Shown: positions 1 to 8,089 of the stretch, one piece after another
Position numbering within the stretch: the first letter of the stretch is position 1
How the letters are laid out: the number at the start of each line of letters is the position of its first letter
Source: Myxococcota bacterium
GTDB taxonomy: Bacteria > Myxococcota > JACRCW01
DNA length: 36,256 nt
NCBI GenBank assembly: GCA_040752415.1
Contig: JBFMGU010000098.1
Span: 1-36,256 of the forward strand
Direction: 5' to 3'
Program-made: the position numbers and the translations under genes
The notes under the pieces: model-generated
Told to the model about the DNA's origin: nothing
The model's input: only the letters and a program-made list of their open reading frames with translations
The model's database searches: none

Positions 1-1
1 C

Positions 2-2596
2 CCGCCGGAGGCCCCGCTGAACGGCAACGGGCATCACGGCCCGTCCGCGGAGGGTGAGCTCATCATCCTGGGCCTGCCGCCCGTGCCCAGTCGTCGTCGG
101 CGCATGGTGATGCTCCTGGCCTACCTCACGCTGCTGGGCACGTTGGCCGGGGGCGTGGCGGGCGTGGTGGCCTACAACCTCTTCTCCAAGGACCTGCCCA
201 GCTTCCAGAGTGTGGCGGAATACCGGCCCAGCCTGGTGACGCGCGTGTACAGCGCGGACCACCGCCTCGTCGGTGAGTTCGGCCTGGAGCGCCGCATCCT
301 GGTCCCGTACGAGAGGATCCCGCGGCACCTCATCCAGGCCTTCGTGGCGGCGGAGGACAACGAGTTCTTCGACCACGACGGCGTGGACTACAGCGGCATG
401 GTGCGCTCCGCCGTGGCGGTGGTGCGGAGCGGTCGCGCCAAGCAGGGCGGCAGCACCATCACCATGCAATTGGCCAAGAGCCTCCTGGTGGCGGCGGAGG
501 GCCACAAGAAGGGCACGGAGAAGAGCATCCGTCGGAAGGTGCGCCAGATCCTGCTGGCACGCCGCCTGGAAGCCGCGCTGACCAAGGAGGAGATCCTCTA
601 CCTGTATCTCAACGAGATCTACCTGGGTCACGGCGCGTACGGCGTGCAGGCGGCGGCGCAGAACTACTTCCGCAAGAACGTGGAGGAGCTGAACCTGGCG
701 GAGATGGCGCTCATTGCCGGTCTCCCCGCCGCGCCGAGCGCATACTCGCCGTTCACCAAGCCGGACAAGGCGCGCGTGCGCCAGGAGTACGTGCTGGGTC
801 GCATGGTGGCCGAGGGCATGATCACCGACGAGGAGCGCAAGGAGGCCCTCAAGCTCTCCGTCGAGGACACGGTGCACGCGCGGGATGACCGCTTCCGCGA
901 CACCGCGCCCTACTTCGCCGAGCACGTGCGTCGCTACCTGGTGGACACCTACGGGGAGAAGGCGCTGCTGACCCAGGGGCTCGTCGTGGAGACCACGCTG
1001 GACCTGGAGCGCCAGTGGTACGCGGAAGAGGCCATGCGGCACGGTCTGCTGGACCTGGACCGCCGCATCGGCTTCCGGGGCCCGCTCGCGCACGTCGACA
1101 CCGCCGAGGAGCGGGACCGCATTGCCCAGCGTTACGAGGAGAAGGTCCTCAAGGGCGGGCAGCTGGAGGCGGACACGCCGTACGTGGCGGTGGTGGACCA
1201 CGTTGACAAGAACGACGTGGCGCTGGTCCGCATTGGCCGCCACCAGGCGCACCTGCCGCTGGGGCTCGTCCGCTGGGCGCGCAAGCCCAACCACGAGGAG
1301 TGGTGGGAGTCCCATCTCATCAAGAAGCTCGACGAGGCGCTCCACGTTGGCGACGTCATCCTGGTGCGCCTGGCCTCCATTGCGGAGATGAAGAAGAGCG
1401 ACATTGCCCGCGACCACCTCAAGGTCATCAAGGATGAGCTGAACGCCGACGGTGACGCGTTCCGCGACGGGAAGCCGGTGGTGACGCTGGAGCAATACCC
1501 GTCGGTGCAGGGTGCGCTCGTCAGCATGGACCCCAAGACCGGCTACGTGCAGGCGATGATCGGCGGGTACAACTTCGAGGAGAGCGAGTTCAATCGCGCG
1601 TTCCAGGCGTGTCGGCAGCCGGGCAGCGCGTTCAAGCCGCTGGTGTATGCCGCCGCGGTGGACCTGGAGAAGTTCACGCCGTCCACCATCATCGTCGACA
1701 GCCCGTTGGTTCTCGACGACACCGAGGCGCTCAAGCGCTGGAAGCCGCAGAACTTTGAAGAGGACTTCAAGGGCGACGTCACGGTGCGCACGGCGCTGAT
1801 GAACTCCATGAACGTGCCGGCCATCAAGACCATGCAGGCCGTTGGCTTGGAGCGCGCGGTGGCCTACGCGGGTCGGCTGGGCATCAAGACGCAGCTGAAG
1901 AAGGAGCTGGGCACGGCCATTGGCAGCTCCTGCGTGAACCTGTGGGAGCTCACCAGCGTCTACGCCATGTTCAACCGCCTGGGCCTGCGCCCCGAGCCGC
2001 TGTTCATCAAGCGCGTCACCGACCGCGACGGCAACGTCCTCGAGGAGCGCGCGGACCCGGCGGACCCGTGGCAGACGCGGGAGGAGCGCATCCTGGCCCT
2101 GCAGACCGCGCTGGAGCAGGCCCCGGAGCGCGTCATGGATCCCGCCGACGCGTACGTGGTGCAGTACCTGCTCACCCAGGTGGCCAAGCACGGCACCGCG
2201 GCGCGCGCCAGCTCCATTGGGCGACTGGTGGCGGGCAAGACGGGCACCACCAACGACGCCTTCGACGCGTGGTTCATGGGCTACACCCCGTCGCTGGTGA
2301 CCGGCGTGTGGGTTGGCTACGACCACTACGTGGTGCCGCTGGGCGTGCGTGAGCAGGGTGGTCGCACGGCGCTGCCGATCTGGATGGAGTACCAGAAGCG
2401 TTCCCTCAACGGCATCGAGGAAGGGCCGTGGCCGCAGCCGGACACCATCTGCAACTTCTTCGTCCACAAGGAGACCGGCAAGCGCGTGGCGCAGGAAGAC
2501 AAGAACTCCATCCTGGTCCCCTTCAAGTGCGGCACCGAGCCCAAGTGGGAAGACCCCACCACACCCGGTGAGAGCTTCCGCAATGAGGAGCTCTGA
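2..2596 (+). CDS. mrcA: Penicillin-binding protein 1A (bifunctional transglycosylase/transpeptidase with OB-fold insert); probably 5'-truncated by the window edge
   Basis: N-terminal TM helix. GT51 motifs AAEDNEFFDHDGVD, QGGSTITMQLAK and LYLNEIYLG. Transpeptidase motifs SAFK (SxxK), SMN (SxN) and KTGTT. The frame is open from position 2 (PPEAPLNGNGHHG...), so the true start may lie upstream of the GTG at 83. Confidence 0.95.
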   Translation, partial: PPEAPLNGNGHHGPSAEGELIILGLPPVPSRRRRMVMLLAYLTLLGTLAGGVAGVVAYNLFSKDLPSFQSVAEYRPSLVTRVYSADHRLVGEFGLERRILVPYERIPRHLIQAFVAAEDNEFFDHDGVDYSGMVRSAVAVVRSGRAKQGGSTITMQLAKSLLVAAEGHKKGTEKSIRRKVRQILLARRLEAALTKEEILYLYLNEIYLGHGAYGVQAAAQNYFRKNVEELNLAEMALIAGLPAAPSAYSPFTKPDKARVRQEYVLGRMVAEGMITDEERKEALKLSVEDTVHARDDRFRDTAPYFAEHVRRYLVDTYGEKALLTQGLVVETTLDLERQWYAEEAMRHGLLDLDRRIGFRGPLAHVDTAEERDRIAQRYEEKVLKGGQLEADTPYVAVVDHVDKNDVALVRIGRHQAHLPLGLVRWARKPNHEEWWESHLIKKLDEALHVGDVILVRLASIAEMKKSDIARDHLKVIKDELNADGDAFRDGKPVVTLEQYPSVQGALVSMDPKTGYVQAMIGGYNFEESEFNRAFQACRQPGSAFKPLVYAAAVDLEKFTPSTIIVDSPLVLDDTEALKRWKPQNFEEDFKGDVTVRTALMNSMNVPAIKTMQAVGLERAVAYAGRLGIKTQLKKELGTAIGSSCVNLWELTSVYAMFNRLGLRPEPLFIKRVTDRDGNVLEERADPADPWQTREERILALQTALEQAPERVMDPADAYVVQYLLTQVAKHGTAARASSIGRLVAGKTGTTNDAFDAWFMGYTPSLVTGVWVGYDHYVVPLGVREQGGRTALPIWMEYQKRSLNGIEEGPWPQPDTICNFFVHKETGKRVAQEDKNSILVPFKCGTEPKWEDPTTPGESFRNEEL

Positions 2597-3806
2597 GCCT
2601 TCTGTCGTCGGGGCGCGCCGCGCGTTGCTGCTGGCGGTGACCCTGGCGGCGGCGGTGGCCTCGCTCTCCCTCAGCGGCTTCCGCTTCAAGGATGACGACT
2701 CCATCCTCTACGGCCACATCGCCGCGGGGCTGGTGGACCAACCGGTGTCGTCGTGGATTGAGCCACACTGGCCGCCCGCGCGACCGCGCGGATACCAGGC
2801 CGCCATGCCCGGCAACTGGAAGACCGGCCCGTTCGAGGAGCACATGGCCGTGTTCTTCTGGCTGCCCGCGCTCGTCGGGAAAATGGGCGCGGGACCGGAG
2901 CTGGCCATCCTCGCCGCCAACCTTGTTTACATCCTGCTCATCCTCCTGCTCATCTACGCGCTGGTCCGGGAACGCTACGGAGAGCCCGCCGCGCACCTGG
3001 CGACGTGGACGTGGGTTTTCTCGCAGGCGGGGCTCACGTACCTGGTGCGCGGGAACCACGAGCCGGCGCTCGCCGTGGGCGTGTTGGGCGCCATCCTGGG
3101 CATGGTGCGACTGCCGCGTCACGTCGGGTGGGGCGCCCTCATGGTGGCCAGCGTGGTGTGGTGCTTTGCCATGAAGGGCGTGGTGGGGCTGGTCATCTTC
3201 CCGACGCTGGTGGCGTGGTGGTGGTGCACGGGGAGGTCGCGGCGCGGGGTGGTGGCGGTGGGGGTGGCCCTCGTCGTCACCGCGGTGTTCGCACTCTTGT
3301 ACGACGCGGCATACCAGGCGCGCACCGGGCACTCATTCTTCCGAGCGTACCTGAGCATCCACACCGGCTACGCCGCGGAGAAGGAGCAGTTCCACCCGCT
3401 GAAGAAGCTCGTCAACGTCGGGTTCTACGCGGGCAACGCGCTGCTGGGCTTTGCGCCGTGGAGCCTGGCGCTGGTGTGGCTGGTGGTGCGCGCGGCGCGC
3501 GAGAAGCGCAAGGACCTCCTTGACGACGTCACCAGGGCCACGTTGCTCACGCTGGCCATCTACATCGCGTTCCTCGCGACGTTCGACCGTCGCTCCATCC
3601 GGTACATCTTCAGCGTCTACCCGGTGATGGCCGTTTGCTGCGCGCCGCTGGTGCTGCAACTGAGTGCGCGACTGCGCGGCTGGGTCGAGAAACTGTGGCG
3701 TCATTCCCCCGAGATGCTCATGGGCGCGAGCATGCTGGTGCTCTGGGTGCGCATCTACGTGCACATGAACCACTACAGCTACATCTCGACGCACGCGCTG
3801 AATTGA
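2583..3806 (+). CDS. ArnT/PMT-like (GT-C fold) integral membrane glycosyltransferase
   Basis: Many hydrophobic helices. Acidic DDDS-x2-Y motif after TM1, PF-x-EH-x3-FFW segment and MKGxVG motif resemble ArnT-type enzymes. The ATG at 2583 overlaps the end of the PBP1A gene. Confidence 0.7.
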   Translation: MRSSEPSVVGARRALLLAVTLAAAVASLSLSGFRFKDDDSILYGHIAAGLVDQPVSSWIEPHWPPARPRGYQAAMPGNWKTGPFEEHMAVFFWLPALVGKMGAGPELAILAANLVYILLILLLIYALVRERYGEPAAHLATWTWVFSQAGLTYLVRGNHEPALAVGVLGAILGMVRLPRHVGWGALMVASVVWCFAMKGVVGLVIFPTLVAWWWCTGRSRRGVVAVGVALVVTAVFALLYDAAYQARTGHSFFRAYLSIHTGYAAEKEQFHPLKKLVNVGFYAGNALLGFAPWSLALVWLVVRAAREKRKDLLDDVTRATLLTLAIYIAFLATFDRRSIRYIFSVYPVMAVCCAPLVLQLSARLRGWVEKLWRHSPEMLMGASMLVLWVRIYVHMNHYSYISTHALN

Positions 3807-3980
3807 CGCCCACGCGACGCACGATTTTCCGACGACAAAGGGTGGCGAACGAAGAAGATTCGCTTGCCGGGACACGCGGCGCCGCACGACGATGTTCACA
3901 CCGCGCGGGCCACGCGGCCACGACGTCCAGTACCGTTGTCGACGTCGATCTTCCCTTCTGACGCCCGGAGATTGCGCACG

Positions 3981-5543
3981 ATGGAACCGATCGATCTCGC
4001 TGCTGCGTGGCAGCGCTTGTCCGACGTGGGGCAGCGGGTGGGCCTTGATGACGTCGAGATGGAGAGGGCCCTGGCGCGCCTGGTGTCGGCGGGCGGTGTG
4101 CTTGCGCAGGCCACGGGGGACACCTCCGAGGAGACACGCAACCGCCTCATGGCGGGCGTGGCGCGCAACCTTGAGGACGACCCGATGGTGCTGGGCTGGG
4201 CGCTCAAGCTCGGTGCCCGCCTTGGCGACGTGCCGTGGCAGCGCTTCTTCGAGAACTTCGTGGTCCGGCTGGTCACGGAGCGCCCGGCCATCGTGGCGCG
4301 CATGCGTGCGGAGATGGGCTTTCCGCCGCCGGTGACGATCATCATCAACCCCACCATGGCCTGCAACCTGCGCTGCCGCGGCTGCTACGCCTACGAGTTC
4401 TCCCGCGAGGAGAGCATGGCCCCTGCCCTGTTCGAGCGCGTGGTCAACGAAGCGCGCGAGATGGGCGTCCGCTTCATCACCATCACCGGCGGAGAGCCGT
4501 TCATCTACAAGCCGCTGATGACCATGGCCGAGCGGTTCCCGGACATGACCTTCCTGACCTACTCCAACGGCACGCTTCTCGACGACAAACTCGCTGATCG
4601 CGTCGCTGCCGCGGGCAACATCTTCCCCGCACTGTCCGTGGAGGGGTACGAGGCGGAGACCGATGATCGTCGGGGCGCGGGCGTCCACCGCGGCGTGCTG
4701 GCGGCCATGGCACGGCTCAAGGAGCGCGGAGTGCTGTTTGGCATCAGCGTCACGCCAACGCGGTTGAACACCGACGTTGTCACCGCGGATGCGTTCCTGG
4801 ATTTCTACCTGGACCGTGGCGCGAACTTCATCTGGCTGTTCACGTACATCCCCGTGGGGAAGAGCCCGGAGCCGCAGCTGATGGCCACCCCGGAGCAGCG
4901 TGACCGGTTGCGAGAGACCACGTTGCGCTGGCGTCGGACGCGCCCGGTCTTCATTGGGGACTTCTGGAACGACGGCGCCACGTGCGGAGGCTGTCTCTCC
5001 GCGAGCCGCTACGCGTTCATCTGTCCCGACGGAAAAGTGCAGCCCTGCACGTTCGTGCATTTCTACACGCACAACATCAAGGACCACAGCCTCAAGGAGA
5101 TCTTCCAGTCACCGTTCTTCCGCACCATCCGCGACGCGCAGCCGTACCACCGCAACCTGTTGCGCCCCTGCAAGATCATCGACCACCCGCACGTGCTGCG
5201 ACAGATCGTCGACACCTGCGGCGCACAGCCGGCCTACGAGGGCGCCGACGATCTCGTGCGCTCCCCGGAGATGGTGGCCTTCATCGACGACTACGCACGT
5301 CGCTACGGAGAGCTGGCGGAGCGGGCGTGGCAGGGCCCGCAGTACCAGGATGGTCGCCGCGTGCTGGTGCCATTCTCGGGGCTGGTGGACCTGTATGCGC
5401 GCTTCCCGGACCGCATGGAGAGCGCGGAACGCAACACGCCGCGCACGGAGGCAAGCCGTCCACCGTCGGAAACTCAGCCCGTCGACAACGTGGACACCCA
5501 GTCGAGCACGTGGGCGGCAAAGGCGTCGGCAGCCTCGTCGTGA
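3981..5543 (+). CDS. Radical SAM protein with SPASM/twitch domain and N-terminal helical extension
   Basis: CNLRCRGC (CxxxCxxC), ITGGEP and TYSNGT motifs. C-terminal CGGC...ICPDGKVQPC...LRPC cysteine cluster. ATG at 3981 with GGAG about 11 nt upstream. Confidence 0.9.
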   Translation: MEPIDLAAAWQRLSDVGQRVGLDDVEMERALARLVSAGGVLAQATGDTSEETRNRLMAGVARNLEDDPMVLGWALKLGARLGDVPWQRFFENFVVRLVTERPAIVARMRAEMGFPPPVTIIINPTMACNLRCRGCYAYEFSREESMAPALFERVVNEAREMGVRFITITGGEPFIYKPLMTMAERFPDMTFLTYSNGTLLDDKLADRVAAAGNIFPALSVEGYEAETDDRRGAGVHRGVLAAMARLKERGVLFGISVTPTRLNTDVVTADAFLDFYLDRGANFIWLFTYIPVGKSPEPQLMATPEQRDRLRETTLRWRRTRPVFIGDFWNDGATCGGCLSASRYAFICPDGKVQPCTFVHFYTHNIKDHSLKEIFQSPFFRTIRDAQPYHRNLLRPCKIIDHPHVLRQIVDTCGAQPAYEGADDLVRSPEMVAFIDDYARRYGELAERAWQGPQYQDGRRVLVPFSGLVDLYARFPDRMESAERNTPRTEASRPPSETQPVDNVDTQSSTWAAKASAASS

Positions 5544-6409
5544 CAGTTGTGGGAGACGGGTAGCTCCTTGAGCGTGGCGGGCCCGCCCAGCTGCCGCAGG
5601 AGCCGGTGTCCCACGTCGACGGAGTGGACCGGGTCGTGGCGGCCCCAGAAGAGCAGGCAGGGAACGGTGACGCGACGGAGCACGTCGGGGCCGGGCGCGT
5701 GGTTCGCCGCGGACAGCCCCATGCGCGTGGCCGCCTCCCAGCCGCCCGCCGCGTCCAGGTGTCCCAACAGGCGCCGGGCGCGCAACGGCATGTCGCGTGC
5801 TGACGTCGTGAAACCCGCACGACGCACCAGCGCGGGCATCACCGCGCGCCCGACCGGACTGCCAAAGAACGCGCGCGCGACGCCGGGAAACCGCTCCGCG
5901 AAGCGCAACCCGGGCGGCGGCCGGTCACCCTGCACCAGCGGTGAAATGAGGACGAGCCCGCGGGCCAACGAGGGATTTCGCGCCAGCGCGTGCAGCGCCA
6001 CCGCGCCACCGAACGAATGCGCGGCAATGAAGGGGCGGTGCAGGTCGAGCGCGTCGAGCAGACGCGGGAGCAGCTCCGCGAACCACGGCAACGTGTACGA
6101 CGCGTCGCGGGGCCGTGCGGCATAGCCTCCGCCGGGCAGATCGACGGCGACGACGCGCAGGTGGCGCGCCAGCAGCGGCATGGCGGGGTACCAGGTGGCC
6201 GTACTGCCGAGATAGCCGTGCAACAGCAGGATCGACGGGGAACCAGACCCGCGCGTCTCCACGTGCACACGCATCCCATCCACGTCGATGAACGCGCCTG
6301 GTGCCGGGGGCCGACGGTGACGAGGGAACAGCGTGGTCCGCGCGTGACGCGCCACCCGTCGGGGAACGCGGTGCAGGTGCCACCCGAGATTGCGGACGTG
6401 GAAGTCCAT
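5474..6409 (-). CDS. Alpha/beta fold hydrolase
   Basis: LLLHGYLG oxyanion motif, AVDLPGGG, AHSFGG nucleophile elbow, LFWGRHD acid motif and C-terminal His (SHNCHDE). Start is the ATG at 6409 or 6421; the longer track ORF is an antisense extension over the MATE gene. Confidence 0.88.
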   Translation of the reverse strand: MDFHVRNLGWHLHRVPRRVARHARTTLFPRHRRPPAPGAFIDVDGMRVHVETRGSGSPSILLLHGYLGSTATWYPAMPLLARHLRVVAVDLPGGGYAARPRDASYTLPWFAELLPRLLDALDLHRPFIAAHSFGGAVALHALARNPSLARGLVLISPLVQGDRPPPGLRFAERFPGVARAFFGSPVGRAVMPALVRRAGFTTSARDMPLRARRLLGHLDAAGGWEAATRMGLSAANHAPGPDVLRRVTVPCLLFWGRHDPVHSVDVGHRLLRQLGGPATLKELPVSHNCHDEAADAFAAHVLDWVSTLSTG

Positions 6410-6586
6410 GGCCGCAACCATGTTCCTGCCCACGAACGCCGTCCGCAACGTCGACACCGCTGCAGCATTTGCGTCCGGCCGCGTTGGCGCTTCCGCCTGT
6501 CTGTCGACGTGGCCGCGAGCCTGCACCACGCCTCCGCGACATCCGTGCTGGATTGCGAACCCGGGGCGGCTATACATGCGCCCCCT

Positions 6587-7978
6587 ATGAGCCCCTCCCC
6601 CACCAACATCCGCCACGAGCTTGGCGCACTGATCAGCCTGGCGGCCCCGCTCGCGGCCGTGCAGGCGGGCCAGCAGCTCATGAGCGTCGTCGACGTGGCG
6701 GTGGTGGGACGCCTGGGTGCCACGGAGCTGGCCGCCATGGGCCTGGCCAATGCGTTGTGGGGCGCGTTCTACATCGTGGGGTTGGGCGTCATGCTCGGGT
6801 TTGACCCGCTCACCGCGCAGGCGCTGGGCGCGGGGAGACAAGGCCATGCGCGGCATCTGATGTGGCAGTCGCTGTGGATGGGCGCGTTCGTGAGCCTCAT
6901 CCTCGCGGTTCCGCTCGTCGGGGTGACCTACGCGCTGGTGCCCGCGGGAATCGATCCCACGACGGCAGAGAAGGCACGCGCGGTGATCCTCATCCGACTG
7001 CCCAGCCTGCTCCCGCTCATGATCTTCGTCGGGGTGCGCAGCTACCTCCAGGCCATGGGCATCACGCGACCCATGGTGCTGGGAATGGTCGGTGCCAACG
7101 TGTTCAACCTGTTCGCCGCCATTGTGCTCACGTTTGGCGGCAGCATCCTTCCGACGTGGACCGGCCCCCTGACCGGAATTCCCGCCATGGGTCTCTCCGG
7201 CGCGGCGCTGGCAAGCTCGTTGTGCGTGGTGGTGCAGCTTGTCGCGGTCATCGTGGCGGTGCGCGCTGTGCACGTGCGCGAGTTCACGTCGGGGATGCGG
7301 CGCATGGTGCCCGCGGAGATGGGACGCGCGCTGAAGGTGGGGCTGCCCATCTCGCTGCAGATGGGGGCGGAGGTGGGCCTGTTCTCTCTCGTCGGCGTGC
7401 TGGCGGGGCGGCTGGGAACGCTCGACCTCGCCGCGCACCAGGTGGCCATCAGCATCGCGAGCTTCTCGTTCTGCGTCGCCGTGGGGCTGGGGAACGCGGG
7501 GAGCGTGCGGGTGGGGCTGGCCATCGGTGCGAAGGACGCTCACGCCACGCGCATCCGCGGCATCGTGTCGTTCATCTTCGGCGCGTCGTTCATGGCGGTG
7601 TCCGCGGTGGTGTTGTGGGTGGCGCCAGACTTGCTCGCGCGGCTGTTCAGTGACCAGGGTGACGTCGTGGCGGCCACCGCGTCACTGCTGTTCGTGGCGG
7701 CGGTGTTCCAGATCTCCGACGGTGTCCAAGCCGTGGGTGCGGGCGTGCTGCGCGGCGCGGGCGACACGCGGTTCCTCTCGGTGGCGAACGTGGTCGGGCA
7801 CTACGCGATTGGGCTGCCGGTGGCCATCCTGCTGGGCTTCATCCTCGACGGAGGCATCCGCGGCCTGTGGTGGGGCCTCTGCTCGGGATTGAGCGCGGTG
7901 GCGCTGGCGCTGTTCGTGCGGTTCTGGATGTTGTCCCAGCGCCCCATCCGTCCACTGCACGAGCACCACGCGGCGTGA
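6587..7978 (+). CDS. MATE family (NorM-like) multidrug efflux transporter
   Basis: About 12 TM helices. Motifs VVDVAVVGRLGATELAA, AQALGAG, LKVGLPISLQMGAE, LAAHQVA, FQISDGVQAVGAGVLRGAGDT and GIRGLWWGL. ATG at 6587. Confidence 0.95.
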   Translation: MSPSPTNIRHELGALISLAAPLAAVQAGQQLMSVVDVAVVGRLGATELAAMGLANALWGAFYIVGLGVMLGFDPLTAQALGAGRQGHARHLMWQSLWMGAFVSLILAVPLVGVTYALVPAGIDPTTAEKARAVILIRLPSLLPLMIFVGVRSYLQAMGITRPMVLGMVGANVFNLFAAIVLTFGGSILPTWTGPLTGIPAMGLSGAALASSLCVVVQLVAVIVAVRAVHVREFTSGMRRMVPAEMGRALKVGLPISLQMGAEVGLFSLVGVLAGRLGTLDLAAHQVAISIASFSFCVAVGLGNAGSVRVGLAIGAKDAHATRIRGIVSFIFGASFMAVSAVVLWVAPDLLARLFSDQGDVVAATASLLFVAAVFQISDGVQAVGAGVLRGAGDTRFLSVANVVGHYAIGLPVAILLGFILDGGIRGLWWGLCSGLSAVALALFVRFWMLSQRPIRPLHEHHAA

Positions 7979-8002
7979 GGTGCGGTGTTGGCGAGTCCCA
8001 AA

Positions 8003-8083
8003 GAAGGAAGTCAGGAGTCAGAAGGGGACGCCGCGACGACGAGCGGTGAGCACCTTCTGACTTCTGTATTCTGGCTTCCTTTT
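8003..8083 (+). terminator. Imperfect inverted repeat built from 7-bp units, probable terminator between convergent MATE and tamB genes
   Basis: Left arm GAAGGAAGTCAGGAGTCAGAAGG (8003-8025) pairs with CCTTCTGACTTCTG-TATTCTG-GCTTCCTTTT (8053-8083). The mismatches are G-U wobbles on the + strand, and a T-run follows. Confidence 0.6.
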
Positions 8084-8089
8084 CGGCCC

